DNA of 64,000 bases, from positions 96,001 to 160,000 of IMG/VR virus record IMGVR_UViG_3300021979_000004; one strand, 5' to 3'. Source of the DNA: a virus (lineage: Duplodnaviria > Caudoviricetes). Shown here in pieces: positions 47,327 through 56,928 of this stretch (position 1 is its first letter; each line of letters starts with the position of its first letter). The translations under genes and the position numbers were made by a program. A model generated the notes under the pieces. The model was given only the letters and a program-made list of their open reading frames with translations. It was not told the origin of the DNA and searched no databases.

Positions 47327-47812
47327 ATGAACACATGGGATAGAAGGTTTTTAGGATTGGCACTGTTTTACTCATCCTTTTCTAAAGACCCTTCCACTAA
47401 GGTTGGTTGTGTACTTGTTAATGATAAGAACGTACCAGTCGGCCTTGGTTATAATGGTTTTTCACGTCATTCAAAAGACCTACCAGAAATACTTAATGAT
47501 CGTCCTGAAAAATATAAAAGAACCATTCACGCAGAAGAGAATGCCATCTACAATAGAACTGGTGATATTGAAGGATCGATTGCTTACCTTACCCATCCAC
47601 CTTGTGTGCCTTGTGTAAATCGCTTAAGCCAGAACGGTATTAAGGATGTTAGATTTATTCAAGGAACCGATGAAGACTTTTATGAACGATGGAATCTAGG
47701 CGAATCAGTATCTGAAATTGAAGAACTCAAAATGACTTATCAATCATATGTTATGAATGATGATGAAAAAGATAAAATATTCATGGAAGTGATGAAATCA
47801 TGGCGAAGCTAA
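47327..47812 (+). CDS. cd: dCMP deaminase
   Basis: SKDPSTKVGC, GYNG, HAEENA, PCVPC. Confidence 0.92.
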   Translation: MNTWDRRFLGLALFYSSFSKDPSTKVGCVLVNDKNVPVGLGYNGFSRHSKDLPEILNDRPEKYKRTIHAEENAIYNRTGDIEGSIAYLTHPPCVPCVNRLSQNGIKDVRFIQGTDEDFYERWNLGESVSEIEELKMTYQSYVMNDDEKDKIFMEVMKSWRS

Positions 47813-48402
47813 AATTTGTCTACTCAGTAATGAACGCTGGAAAAAGTACTCACTTGTTACAACTTGCACATAACTATAGTGTCTTTCACAATAAGACACT
47901 ATTGATAACCTCAGACCTTGATACGCGTTCAAAGGTTGGTGATCAGTATTATGTAGAGTCTAGATTGGGTATAAAACATGAAGCAATACCATATAGTAGA
48001 GAACAAGACATTCAGGAAATTCTTGAAAGTATAGACTATACTCCATCATGTATTGTTGTCGATGAGGCACAATTCCTTAGCCCATATAACGTACAACAAC
48101 TTACAGACTTGGTAGACTTCATGAATATTCCAGTTGTTTGCTATGGTCTGAGGACTGATTCGTTTGGTAACTTATTTGAAGGTAGTGAAGAGCTTTTTAA
48201 ACATGCCGACAAAATAGAAGAGATAAAACAACTGTGTTTCTGTATGTCAAAAGCAACACATATTTTACGTTATGATGATGATTTTAATGTTGTAAAAAAA
48301 GGGAACCAAGTTGAAATTGGTTCCGAGGATAAGTATGTCTCTGTGTGCCGTAAGCACTGGAAAACATTAAAGAGTGTTAAGTTTTTGAAAACCAATGATT
48401 AA
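47800..48402 (+). CDS. tdk: thymidine kinase
   Basis: SVMNAGKST, VDEAQF, YGLRTD, CFC, VSVCRKHW. Confidence 0.95.
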   Translation: MAKLKFVYSVMNAGKSTHLLQLAHNYSVFHNKTLLITSDLDTRSKVGDQYYVESRLGIKHEAIPYSREQDIQEILESIDYTPSCIVVDEAQFLSPYNVQQLTDLVDFMNIPVVCYGLRTDSFGNLFEGSEELFKHADKIEEIKQLCFCMSKATHILRYDDDFNVVKKGNQVEIGSEDKYVSVCRKHWKTLKSVKFLKTND

Positions 48403-49192
48403 GGGCTTCTATAGCTTCTTTGTTCCAACCTTTATCTGTCTTAAGGGTTAGATACTTGAAGTCCTTAACTGTTTTACCATCATCATAGTATTGTGTAAGC
48501 AACGAGGTATTGATTACTACCCAGAAGTTACCGTCAATATATGTATTCAAAATACCCGCGTCTTTTGATATAAACTTTTTCATATTACTGACAGTACTAG
48601 CATAATTCTGATTTAGATAGTCACCTTTAACAGACCTTTCACGCGAAGCGTTTCTAGCCATAGATTCTTCTTTAGTGGTTAAAACCCAGAGAAGATGAAT
48701 ATTTTCTTTCTTGTATCCATTATCCAATAAAACATCAATTTTATTTTTAATGTTATCTATATTACCAAACGTAGTGTTAAGAACAATATTCGGCAATCTA
48801 TCTTTATTCTTCTGTGTCTTTAAGAAAACACCCAAGCGTGTTTGTGGAATTTTATTTAGGGTCATGAAGTCATAGATGGTATCAACAAATTCGCTATCTT
48901 TAAACATAGCATCATCTTTCAAGTCTTGATCACTATAATCTGCATACGGTGAATCAATCTTTTCAAGGAACTGTCTGAACCTTTTAAAAATAATATTACT
49001 CTTCAATACTAGTTTCTGAATTTCATCGATATCTAAAACTTTAAACTTATTGCCAATGTCGGTAAAGTTATCAATAGCAAAATTTTTGCCTGATCCAGCA
49101 GAACCGGCCATAACAATAACCTGACCCTCATTAGGTGTGTTAGGTGGTGTTTGTATTAGTTTCTCATCTAGTTTATGGTTGTTCATTTTCAT
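48377..49192 (-). CDS. P-loop kinase (zeta-toxin/AAA_33-like)
   Basis: VMAGSAGSGKNF; LDID; RNASRERSV; co-transcribed with the gp14-like gene. Confidence 0.7.
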   Translation of the reverse strand: MKMNNHKLDEKLIQTPPNTPNEGQVIVMAGSAGSGKNFAIDNFTDIGNKFKVLDIDEIQKLVLKSNIIFKRFRQFLEKIDSPYADYSDQDLKDDAMFKDSEFVDTIYDFMTLNKIPQTRLGVFLKTQKNKDRLPNIVLNTTFGNIDNIKNKIDVLLDNGYKKENIHLLWVLTTKEESMARNASRERSVKGDYLNQNYASTVSNMKKFISKDAGILNTYIDGNFWVVINTSLLTQYYDDGKTVKDFKYLTLKTDKGWNKEAIEALNHWFSKT

Positions 49193-50201
49193 CTTCGTCA
49201 TCATTATCAACTATAGGATTAATTGGATTGCTAATATAGGTTTCTTCCTGACGTTCTCCCCTGTCACCATCATCAAACGTCTTGTCATTTTCAATAAAGG
49301 ACTCATGATGTTCATGACCGGGAGTCCATTTACGATAGTATTTCTGATCAACTAGTTCCCATTTATCATCACGGTACACAAAAATCTGTGCAGGCTTATA
49401 ATCAATACGGATTACATAATCTCCCTCTTCTGCGTCTACAGGGAAAGAAGTTCGTTTGGGAATATCTTCAAGATTAAGGCTATCATCCATTTGTTCAGCG
49501 CCATCAAGTTCAGGTCTATAGATATAATCATCCACGTAATCATTGTATGGTACTTCTTCTTCGGCTTCACTAACCGCAGCTTCGTTTGCTTGTGTCGCTT
49601 TATTATGATTGGAAATGATATCTAGCAAATCATCATCTTCAGCATCTTCATCAAGATTGCCAAGAACATCGTTGTATTCGCGGCTATCGAATATCTTTTT
49701 GATCCTGACACGCCATACGTGAGGTAACCATGTTGGCCCATAACCTTCAGCAGCACGACGCCCTTCTTCAATAACATAGTAAGCGTTGATTGCTCCTTCT
49801 TCACCTTCAACCAAATCATCGCGTAAGTGCGTCAACTCTATAACATCGCCAGTAGAAAGTTTACGACCTATCTTTGCTGCCATAGAATTGATATGGAAAT
49901 CTAGGTACAGTGTATCAGACATGAAGAAACCGAATTGAGATAGTTCAAAGTCGTTATCAGATACTTGGTATATACCCCACATTTCTACAACGTCTTTGTC
50001 GTATTTTCTGTCTCTGGACTCCATGAATAGAAGGTCTTGAATTTTAATATCTTCATTCACATTCCCATCTTCATCAATTACACCAACGTAGCGATGTACA
50101 TAAACTTGGGTTCCAGATATATCGAAGAATTCACCAATGATTTTATCTTGAAATTTATAATCATTGGTTTTATTATTTCGCCAGAGTTTCATTCTGCTCA
50201 T
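49173..50201 (-). CDS. neck protein (T4 gp14-like)
   Basis: Start MSRMKLW; QDLLFMESRDRKY, LSQFGFF, GDVIEL; CATAAATA at 50228-50235. Confidence 0.8.
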   Translation of the reverse strand: MSRMKLWRNNKTNDYKFQDKIIGEFFDISGTQVYVHRYVGVIDEDGNVNEDIKIQDLLFMESRDRKYDKDVVEMWGIYQVSDNDFELSQFGFFMSDTLYLDFHINSMAAKIGRKLSTGDVIELTHLRDDLVEGEEGAINAYYVIEEGRRAAEGYGPTWLPHVWRVRIKKIFDSREYNDVLGNLDEDAEDDDLLDIISNHNKATQANEAAVSEAEEEVPYNDYVDDYIYRPELDGAEQMDDSLNLEDIPKRTSFPVDAEEGDYVIRIDYKPAQIFVYRDDKWELVDQKYYRKWTPGHEHHESFIENDKTFDDGDRGERQEETYISNPINPIVDNDDEDENEQP

Positions 50202-50249
50202 GTATAGATAGCCTCTTATTATACATTTATTTATGGATGAATATAAACC

Positions 50250-50277
50250 TTGACACAAGTTCTATCCTCATTATAAT
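50250..50277 (+). promoter_or_regulatory. sigma70-like early promoter
   Basis: TTGACA-16nt-TATAAT. Confidence 0.7.
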
Positions 50278-50298
50278 ACATCAGGTGGAGGTATAGTT

Positions 50299-51213
50299 GT
50301 GGAACATATTCGAAGTAATGCAAAAATGTTTGGTGAAATAGTGAGCGATGAGACTATTGTGGAGTATCTTCTAAGTATTCCAGATCAAACCCTTCGCTAT
50401 GCTACAGAGAATTGTGCGTCTGAAAGTCCTTATGTCTTTGAAATGTATGGAATGTACAATGATCGATTTTATGATTTCTCATTGAATGTTGATAATTTGT
50501 TACGCCATATGAAGATGCAACTGTTTAGTTACGAAAAAAACTTCTATCATTATTTCAGAGAAAAAGATTTGGTAATTCTAAACTTTATTCTTTCATCGGA
50601 TAAGATTGAATATCCACAAACAATACCAATGTTAGAGACTTATGATTTCGATACTTCTAAAGCATTGATGGGATGGGCTGTAAGTACTAATAGAACATCT
50701 GAAACTGTTTTAAACATGATTGGTGATGAGTATAACTTTTTCAGAGACATAGATGCACAAGACCGTGTAGAATTGAAACAGTATTTTTGGAAATCAGCAT
50801 ATTCAAGAAACAGTTCTCAAACACCAGCGTTTCACTGTTTCCCTCGTGGTGATCACAGTATAATGTTACTGTGTAACACCCTTCCATTACATGATCGTTA
50901 TAATTGTTTGTTCGGTAAAGAAAGAATTGAAAGTGATGGCTGGACAGATGAAGACGTTGATGTTATGGTAGACTTTGTTAAAGAGTATGAAATATCACCT
51001 TACTTCATTGCCCATGACCTTAGAGGTAAAAAGCTTTATGGGCGAGAAAGAGTTTATCAAGCGGCACTTGAAGCTGGTGATAATTATTTAAAATACCTTG
51101 AAGTCAAGAAAAGCAGTTCGTTTATTAATTGGAAAATTCCTGATGATGTTTTTGAGAATAGGGATTTTGCGAACTTCATTAATAAAATGAAGTTGAAGCA
51201 CGGAGTTGAGTAA
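50299..51213 (+). CDS. hypothetical protein
   Basis: 304 aa; GTG start with RBS GGAGG. Confidence 0.75.
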   Translation: MEHIRSNAKMFGEIVSDETIVEYLLSIPDQTLRYATENCASESPYVFEMYGMYNDRFYDFSLNVDNLLRHMKMQLFSYEKNFYHYFREKDLVILNFILSSDKIEYPQTIPMLETYDFDTSKALMGWAVSTNRTSETVLNMIGDEYNFFRDIDAQDRVELKQYFWKSAYSRNSSQTPAFHCFPRGDHSIMLLCNTLPLHDRYNCLFGKERIESDGWTDEDVDVMVDFVKEYEISPYFIAHDLRGKKLYGRERVYQAALEAGDNYLKYLEVKKSSSFINWKIPDDVFENRDFANFINKMKLKHGVE

Positions 51214-52100
51214 TGAGTTACAGTCAAAGATTACACAGAGATAAAATTGTTAAAAATATAGAACCATACATCCTTGAAAACGTTCAGTATGAAACGGTAA
51301 TGGGAAGTCAGGCTTATGGTGTGTCTAATAACAACTCAGACCTAGACATTTATGGCTTCACTATTCCACCAAAACGTATTGTGTTTCCACATACAGTAGG
51401 GCATATCTACGGCTTTGGTAAGCAAGGCCCTGAAACTTTCAAGCAGTTTCAAAAACATCACATTGATGCATATGAGAAAGAAATTGACTTGAACATTTTC
51501 AGTATTGTGACATACTTTACATTGTTGATGGATAACAACCCGAACATGCTAGACTCTATCTTTACACGTCAGCAGTCGGTAACCCATGCTACTAAGATTG
51601 GTCAAATGGTCAAAGATCGCCGCCATATGTTTTTACATAAAGGTGCATGGCACCGTTATCGTGGGTATGCTTATTCACAGCTTCAAAAGATTAGAACTAA
51701 AAAAGCGGAAGGAAAACGTAAAGAGCTTGTTGAAAAATATGGTTTTGATGTAAAGTTTGGATACCATGTTGTGCGCTTAATCAATCAAGTTGAAGACATT
51801 CTTATGCATGGTGACTTTGACCCTATGGCTCATCGTGAAATGCTAAAGTCTATTCGACGTGGTGATTGGAAACTAGAAGATGTAGAAGATTTTTTCAAGC
51901 GTAAAGAAAAGCTACTTGATGATCTTTATATCAATTCTAGCTTGCAAGAATATCCAGATGAAGGTAAGATAAAACAGTTGTTGCTTGATTGCTTAGAAGA
52001 GTTCTACGGAACTATTGATAGCAATGATATTCAAACTACGAATCAGTTTGAACAGGCGCTACTTGAAATTAAGAGAATAACTGATAAGGTGATCAAATGA
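51213..52100 (+). CDS. Pol-beta-type nucleotidyltransferase (RlaP/Nuc-transf-like)
   Basis: GSQAYG..SDLDIYG; NNPNMLDS; GFDVKFGYHVVRL. Confidence 0.85.
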   Translation: MSYSQRLHRDKIVKNIEPYILENVQYETVMGSQAYGVSNNNSDLDIYGFTIPPKRIVFPHTVGHIYGFGKQGPETFKQFQKHHIDAYEKEIDLNIFSIVTYFTLLMDNNPNMLDSIFTRQQSVTHATKIGQMVKDRRHMFLHKGAWHRYRGYAYSQLQKIRTKKAEGKRKELVEKYGFDVKFGYHVVRLINQVEDILMHGDFDPMAHREMLKSIRRGDWKLEDVEDFFKRKEKLLDDLYINSSLQEYPDEGKIKQLLLDCLEEFYGTIDSNDIQTTNQFEQALLEIKRITDKVIK

Positions 52101-52318
52101 GTAAGCATCTTCCTGTTGTATACACATTGTATAAAGATGACCCCGAGCATTGGCATTACAAGCACCATGGTACATTGGAACAAATCTACACTCAAAACAG
52201 TGCACTTTGTACCCAATCTACTATGGAACAGGTTGCCAAGTCAGTTACGGAACAGGGCAGGTACATCTATATCGATGACCTGCTAGGATTTACGCATATT
52301 GTAGAGAAAGAACTATAA
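52097..52318 (+). CDS. hypothetical protein
   Basis: 73-aa ORF with ATGA overlap. Confidence 0.65.
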   Translation: MSKHLPVVYTLYKDDPEHWHYKHHGTLEQIYTQNSALCTQSTMEQVAKSVTEQGRYIYIDDLLGFTHIVEKEL

Positions 52319-52330
52319 GGATAATATTGT

Positions 52331-54262
52331 ATGAATGATGGTATGTACCCAAGTCAAGCTATTAACACAGTTCCCGATTCGCGAGAAAAAGGAAATGTGG
52401 AATCAAAGAAAAAACCAAAAGTGAATGTTTCTATGACCAACGATAAAGATTTCAAAAATATTCTTACTATTGTGGCGAACAATCTAACCATGGATTTTGA
52501 CCTACCAGAAGGATATGATGAAAGTGTACTGGAAGGTTTTACAACAAATCTTTATACCAGCTTTGTTGATCGTATTACACTAACTGACGAAAAGACTGGT
52601 AGTGAACGTCATTGGTTGGTTTTTAGTGACGATGGCTATATCAAGCCTATGCGTAAAACTCTGCCTAACATTAACAAGCGTCAAAACGAAGATACTTACA
52701 TCGTTCTAAATCCTAACGATAAAGATAATGATGCGGTTATGATTGAAGAAACTTTTCTTCAAAAGCATTTTTATGAAATTGTGAATGACGCTCTTATGAA
52801 CTTTGGTAGTGATGAAGACATTACTAACTTTGTGATTGCCTATGTTAAAGACGGTTTCATTGGCGTTCCTGAAATTTTCGACAAGGAAACTTTTTCTTTT
52901 TCTGAGTACTTTGCATATCTGGTTGATGCGTATCACAAAGAAAAGGTTCTGTATTACAAAGATGCTGATATGTACAGTGATCGTCGTCTAGGAAATTCTC
53001 AGCTTAACATTCATGTAGTTCAGCCATTTGCACAACCACCATATCTGGTTATTGGTATTCCGGTTAACTTTGAAATCAATGGTGAGTTTGTTCTACGTCG
53101 TATTAATCAGGTAGTTCCTATTATGTCTGAGTACGAAGTAGATGATTGTGGTGTTGAACGCCCATCTAAGCGTGAAATTGAAAATCGTATTGCTGAAAAC
53201 CAAGAATACATGAAGAACCTTGATCGTTACCAAGTGTATGAAGGTCTGGCACAAGTTCCGGGCTTCATGAAAGTTCGCGAACTTTATGTAAACACTCGTG
53301 TAATGGTTGACATGGGTGCGCTATACTTTGTCGATCCAGATCGCCTTGGTGGCCTTCTAAATATCATCAATTCTAATCTTGATGGGGCGCAGATTGATAG
53401 TAAGGTTTCTAAAAAGAGTAAAGGATATTCTGAAAAAGAATACATGGCTCTTAGTAAGAATGTGGTTTGTTATGACCTAACTAAGAAGCAATGGTTCATT
53501 GGTCATCGTGATAACCTACGCGAAATCAATTTCCGTAAAGATGCTTTTGAAAAGCTACAGATGGATGCTGCGAAAAAGAACATTATTCGTAAAATCTGTT
53601 CATCAGATAACGTAGAAAAGGGTAATAACATCGACTTCATTGATTCAAAAGGTGGTGGTAACATCTTCCTACTACACGGTGTTCCCGGTACTGGTAAGAC
53701 TCTTACCGCCGAAGCTATCTCTGAGCTTCTAGAACGCCCACTGTACAAAGTTAATATCAGTGAGTTCGATAGCCTAAGCGAACTTGAGCAGGGCATTGAA
53801 ACGTCTCTGAGGTACGCTGAGCGCTGGAATGCAACACTTCTAATCGATGAGGCTGATGTGGCATTGGAAAAGCGCGACAGCACTAACATTGAGCGTAATG
53901 CTATCGTAGCTGTATTCCTTCGTCTGATTGAATACTACTCCGGTACTATGTTCCTGACTTCAAACCGTGCAAATGAGTTTGATGATGCGTTCAAATCTCG
54001 TATCACGTTTGCTATTCATTATCAGAGTCCAAGTACAGAGGTTAAGACCGCAATCTGGACTAATATTCTTGAAGGTGTTGAAACTGACATGACTAAAGAA
54101 CAGATCAAGGAAGTTGCTGGATATGATATCAACGGTCGCCAGATCAAGAATATCATCAATACTGCAACCTTTATGAGTGATGATGGTTCTGCACGTTTTG
54201 AAGATGTAATGGTTGTTCTTGAACAAACCATGGAATTTGAAAACTTTCTTAAGAAGGAATAA
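52331..54262 (+). CDS. AAA+ ATPase
   Basis: Walker A GVPGTGKT, Walker B LLIDEAD, sensor TSNR, arginine finger DDAFKSR, NGRQI. Confidence 0.92.
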   Translation: MNDGMYPSQAINTVPDSREKGNVESKKKPKVNVSMTNDKDFKNILTIVANNLTMDFDLPEGYDESVLEGFTTNLYTSFVDRITLTDEKTGSERHWLVFSDDGYIKPMRKTLPNINKRQNEDTYIVLNPNDKDNDAVMIEETFLQKHFYEIVNDALMNFGSDEDITNFVIAYVKDGFIGVPEIFDKETFSFSEYFAYLVDAYHKEKVLYYKDADMYSDRRLGNSQLNIHVVQPFAQPPYLVIGIPVNFEINGEFVLRRINQVVPIMSEYEVDDCGVERPSKREIENRIAENQEYMKNLDRYQVYEGLAQVPGFMKVRELYVNTRVMVDMGALYFVDPDRLGGLLNIINSNLDGAQIDSKVSKKSKGYSEKEYMALSKNVVCYDLTKKQWFIGHRDNLREINFRKDAFEKLQMDAAKKNIIRKICSSDNVEKGNNIDFIDSKGGGNIFLLHGVPGTGKTLTAEAISELLERPLYKVNISEFDSLSELEQGIETSLRYAERWNATLLIDEADVALEKRDSTNIERNAIVAVFLRLIEYYSGTMFLTSNRANEFDDAFKSRITFAIHYQSPSTEVKTAIWTNILEGVETDMTKEQIKEVAGYDINGRQIKNIINTATFMSDDGSARFEDVMVVLEQTMEFENFLKKE

Positions 54263-54285
54263 GGGGGGTTATCCCCCTTTATTTT
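54260..54285 (+). terminator. intrinsic terminator
   Basis: AAGGGGG-GTTAT-CCCCCTT plus TATTTT. Confidence 0.65.
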
Positions 54286-54296
54286 AAAGGTGACTA

Positions 54297-54770
54297 ATGA
54301 TTATTTTAGATGTTGAAGCCAGTGGATTACATGAAGACTCTTACCCAATACAGGTAGCGTGGTTGAATACTGACACTGGTGAAGAAGATAGTTTTTACAT
54401 AAAACCAGAAGAAGAGTGGACATATTGGGATATTAACGCAGAAGACATTCATAATATTCCAAGAAAGCTTCTAGATGATGTGGGAATCCCCGCTGATCTA
54501 GCTGTAAAGCGACTACTTTCCTCACTTGGCAAAAAGGTGGATATCTATACTGATGCACCTGACTTCGATGGCTTTTGGTTGTCCAAGCTTTTTGGTGCGG
54601 TGTTGGTCGATCCTGAAGTAAATGTTAAAGTTCGTTCAGTGTATGAAGTGTGCCAATATCAAGAAGACTTTTACGCTCTTCAGGAAATTATGCACAGTCA
54701 AGAAAGACCGCACGACGCGCTAGAAGACTGTCGTATGATATGGCAAGCAATTAAAGAAGTCGTTGGTTAA
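54297..54770 (+). CDS. DEDDh 3'-5' exonuclease
   Basis: ILDVEASG, DAPDFD, HDALED. Confidence 0.88.
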   Translation: MIILDVEASGLHEDSYPIQVAWLNTDTGEEDSFYIKPEEEWTYWDINAEDIHNIPRKLLDDVGIPADLAVKRLLSSLGKKVDIYTDAPDFDGFWLSKLFGAVLVDPEVNVKVRSVYEVCQYQEDFYALQEIMHSQERPHDALEDCRMIWQAIKEVVG

Positions 54771-54775
54771 TAATC

Positions 54776-54783
54776 TATAAATA
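54776..54783 (+). promoter_or_regulatory. T4-type late promoter
   Basis: TATAAATA upstream of 54806. Confidence 0.75.
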
Positions 54784-54805
54784 AGTTTATACGGAACATA
54801 AACTT

Positions 54806-55573
54806 ATGAGACTAGAACAACTTTTCGAAGATATACATTCAGACCAAGGAAAATTATCAAGTGCTAAAAAGGCATTTGATGATCTTATGTTTGAAATTAA
54901 AGGACATGTAGAGCTACTTGGTCTTGATGAATTTGATACCTTCGAAAAGTCGTACCTTGAAATAATGTCTAAGCTTTATACGTACACCTTTAAGTTAAAG
55001 TACAAAGATGAACCCATAACCGTTCGTATCCTTCCACAAACCAACTTAGATCGTAATAGGCTTGGTGTGTTAAACACAACAAGTATTGATGATGGAAGTG
55101 GCGTAAAATATCAGTATCAAATTACTATCTTTGTAAATCCTCATGACGATTTTGATTTGATTAGTGCAACAGATTTTTACAGAACGTTTGCTAAGAGTTA
55201 CCAGAAAGTTTTTATTCATGAGTTTGTACATTTTATCGACGCGGTTGAAAGTGACAACCAAGATAATTATACGCAAACAAAAAGAAAGCTTAGACAGAAA
55301 GGCAAGTACATCAATACCCCACAGGAGTACAATGCATTTTACATTCAGATGATGAGTGAAATAGATGATGCATTCGAAGACTCTGCCGTTATGAATATAT
55401 TCAAACAAGACCCCTCATTTGATAAGTTTCTATCCCTCATAAACGTCGAAACACATGCAGGAGAAATGCTAAAGGATTTGGAAGGGAAGTATAAAAAGGC
55501 GTTTAAGAAGAGGTTATATCAATTATACAACCACTACTTGGAAAGAATAAAAGATCAAGCCAACGAAAAGTAA
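54806..55573 (+). CDS. zincin-like metallopeptidase, candidate head-internal protein
   Basis: MRLEQLFE leader; HEFVH...YINTPQE. Confidence 0.7.
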   Translation: MRLEQLFEDIHSDQGKLSSAKKAFDDLMFEIKGHVELLGLDEFDTFEKSYLEIMSKLYTYTFKLKYKDEPITVRILPQTNLDRNRLGVLNTTSIDDGSGVKYQYQITIFVNPHDDFDLISATDFYRTFAKSYQKVFIHEFVHFIDAVESDNQDNYTQTKRKLRQKGKYINTPQEYNAFYIQMMSEIDDAFEDSAVMNIFKQDPSFDKFLSLINVETHAGEMLKDLEGKYKKAFKKRLYQLYNHYLERIKDQANEK

Positions 55574-56004
55574 TCTCTTCTATCGGCGTGATTATTTAAC
55601 TTATTTAAAAGCTTTGTTAAGTTCCCTTTTAACTTAAAAGTGTTCTTGCTCTTACTATCTTCGAAGAAGAGTTTAACATCAAACCCCTTACAAACAAAAG
55701 AATAGCCAACATGTTCTTCTCTCTCTTCCCAATCTCTGTTGAAGAAAGTTTCAATTTCCTCATCTACATCTAGATATGATTCAGAGCAAACTACTTGGAT
55801 ATCAAGTACAGAATCAAAAATTTCAGAATTATACAATATGTTTTTGATACGGTTTTTAATTATCAGGCTTAGAGAATTTATAGAAGTGATTTTCGCACGT
55901 TCAGTTTTTCCATCTTTCATTCGCCTAGATGATGAGCGTATGCCACTTTTTGATAGTAATGTGAATTCAAGAGTTTCCATTATAAAATTCTTCCAACTTT
56001 TCAA
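55555..56004 (-). CDS. hypothetical protein
   Basis: 149-aa ORF downstream of cheW. Confidence 0.6.
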   Translation of the reverse strand: MKSWKNFIMETLEFTLLSKSGIRSSSRRMKDGKTERAKITSINSLSLIIKNRIKNILYNSEIFDSVLDIQVVCSESYLDVDEEIETFFNRDWEEREEHVGYSFVCKGFDVKLFFEDSKSKNTFKLKGNLTKLLNKLNNHADRRDYFSLA

Positions 56005-56386
56005 TCGAAATGTTATTGTATAAAACCTTTTCGTGATTGATTATATAATCAATAAAATCAGAACCTTTCCCTAATACTTGCTTAGTATCAAGGATTTCAT
56101 TACCTTCAACGTCAATTATTTCGCGAACACTATCTACTGTTAGACCTATATAACCACCATCGCTCATTTCTAATATGATGATGTGACTAGGCATGTCGCC
56201 TATGACATTGAACATCTTCTTTGAGTCGAGGATAGTTATTACCGTGTCTCGTAGGTCAATCATCCCTTCTACACATGTGTTGCTTGAAAAGAATCTTGAA
56301 GGTTCTCGGTATTTTATTATTTCCTTTATCTTTAATACAGGTAATGTGAAATCCATATCACATACTTTAAATGAAAAATATTGCAT
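55967..56386 (-). CDS. cheW: CheW-like chemotaxis coupling protein
   Basis: QYFSF..DFTLPVLKIKEII, VEGMIDLRDTVITILD, IIILE..YIGLTVDSVREII, FIDYII. Confidence 0.88.
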   Translation of the reverse strand: MQYFSFKVCDMDFTLPVLKIKEIIKYREPSRFFSSNTCVEGMIDLRDTVITILDSKKMFNVIGDMPSHIIILEMSDGGYIGLTVDSVREIIDVEGNEILDTKQVLGKGSDFIDYIINHEKVLYNNISIEKLEEFYNGNS

Positions 56387-56387
56387 T

Positions 56388-56828
56388 TTATCTTTCCAGT
56401 TTTATAATTTTATAACAATCTCTAGTACCTTTATTTACTCGATTATAGTCTTCTAGAAAACGATCATACGAGTCTTTAATAATAAAAATTCTAGGATCAA
56501 TATCTTTGCTATATCTAAGCTCAACCACAAACTTTGAGCTTTCAATCTCTCCGCAACCTATAGGGAACCTTCGCCAGTCGAAGGGACTTTTCTGAACTTC
56601 ATCCAGCTTTCTACAGATTTCTAGGTTATCTTTATCCAAGCATTCATCGGTAACCTTAACCGTAAAATTATCAGGCTTGAAGTGCTTCTTTACATGTGGG
56701 TTCACACGGTTAAGCATAAACACAGACAAAGAGCTTTTCGCTTCTTTAGATGTCAAATTCTTATGTCTATAGGTTGATGCATGGATTCGCTTGTCGATCT
56801 GAACCATGAATTGAACTACCGTTGGCAT
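56388..56828 (-). CDS. hypothetical protein
   Basis: 146-aa ORF with RBS GGAG. Confidence 0.7.
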   Translation of the reverse strand: MPTVVQFMVQIDKRIHASTYRHKNLTSKEAKSSLSVFMLNRVNPHVKKHFKPDNFTVKVTDECLDKDNLEICRKLDEVQKSPFDWRRFPIGCGEIESSKFVVELRYSKDIDPRIFIIKDSYDRFLEDYNRVNKGTRDCYKIIKLER

Positions 56829-56928
56829 AATACTCTCCTAATTTATGATAGTCTACCATTCAGTCACCTACTGATCAACAGTTTAATATTCTAATGCTAT
56901 GTGTTATAATGCAGAAAAAGAGGTAGTT

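Noticed and set aside
55555-55585. MKSWKNFIME start of 55555..56004 as a T4-like targeting peptide
   Set aside because: It overlaps cheW, has no late promoter, and the true start may be the downstream METLEF, so it was left out of the leader family.
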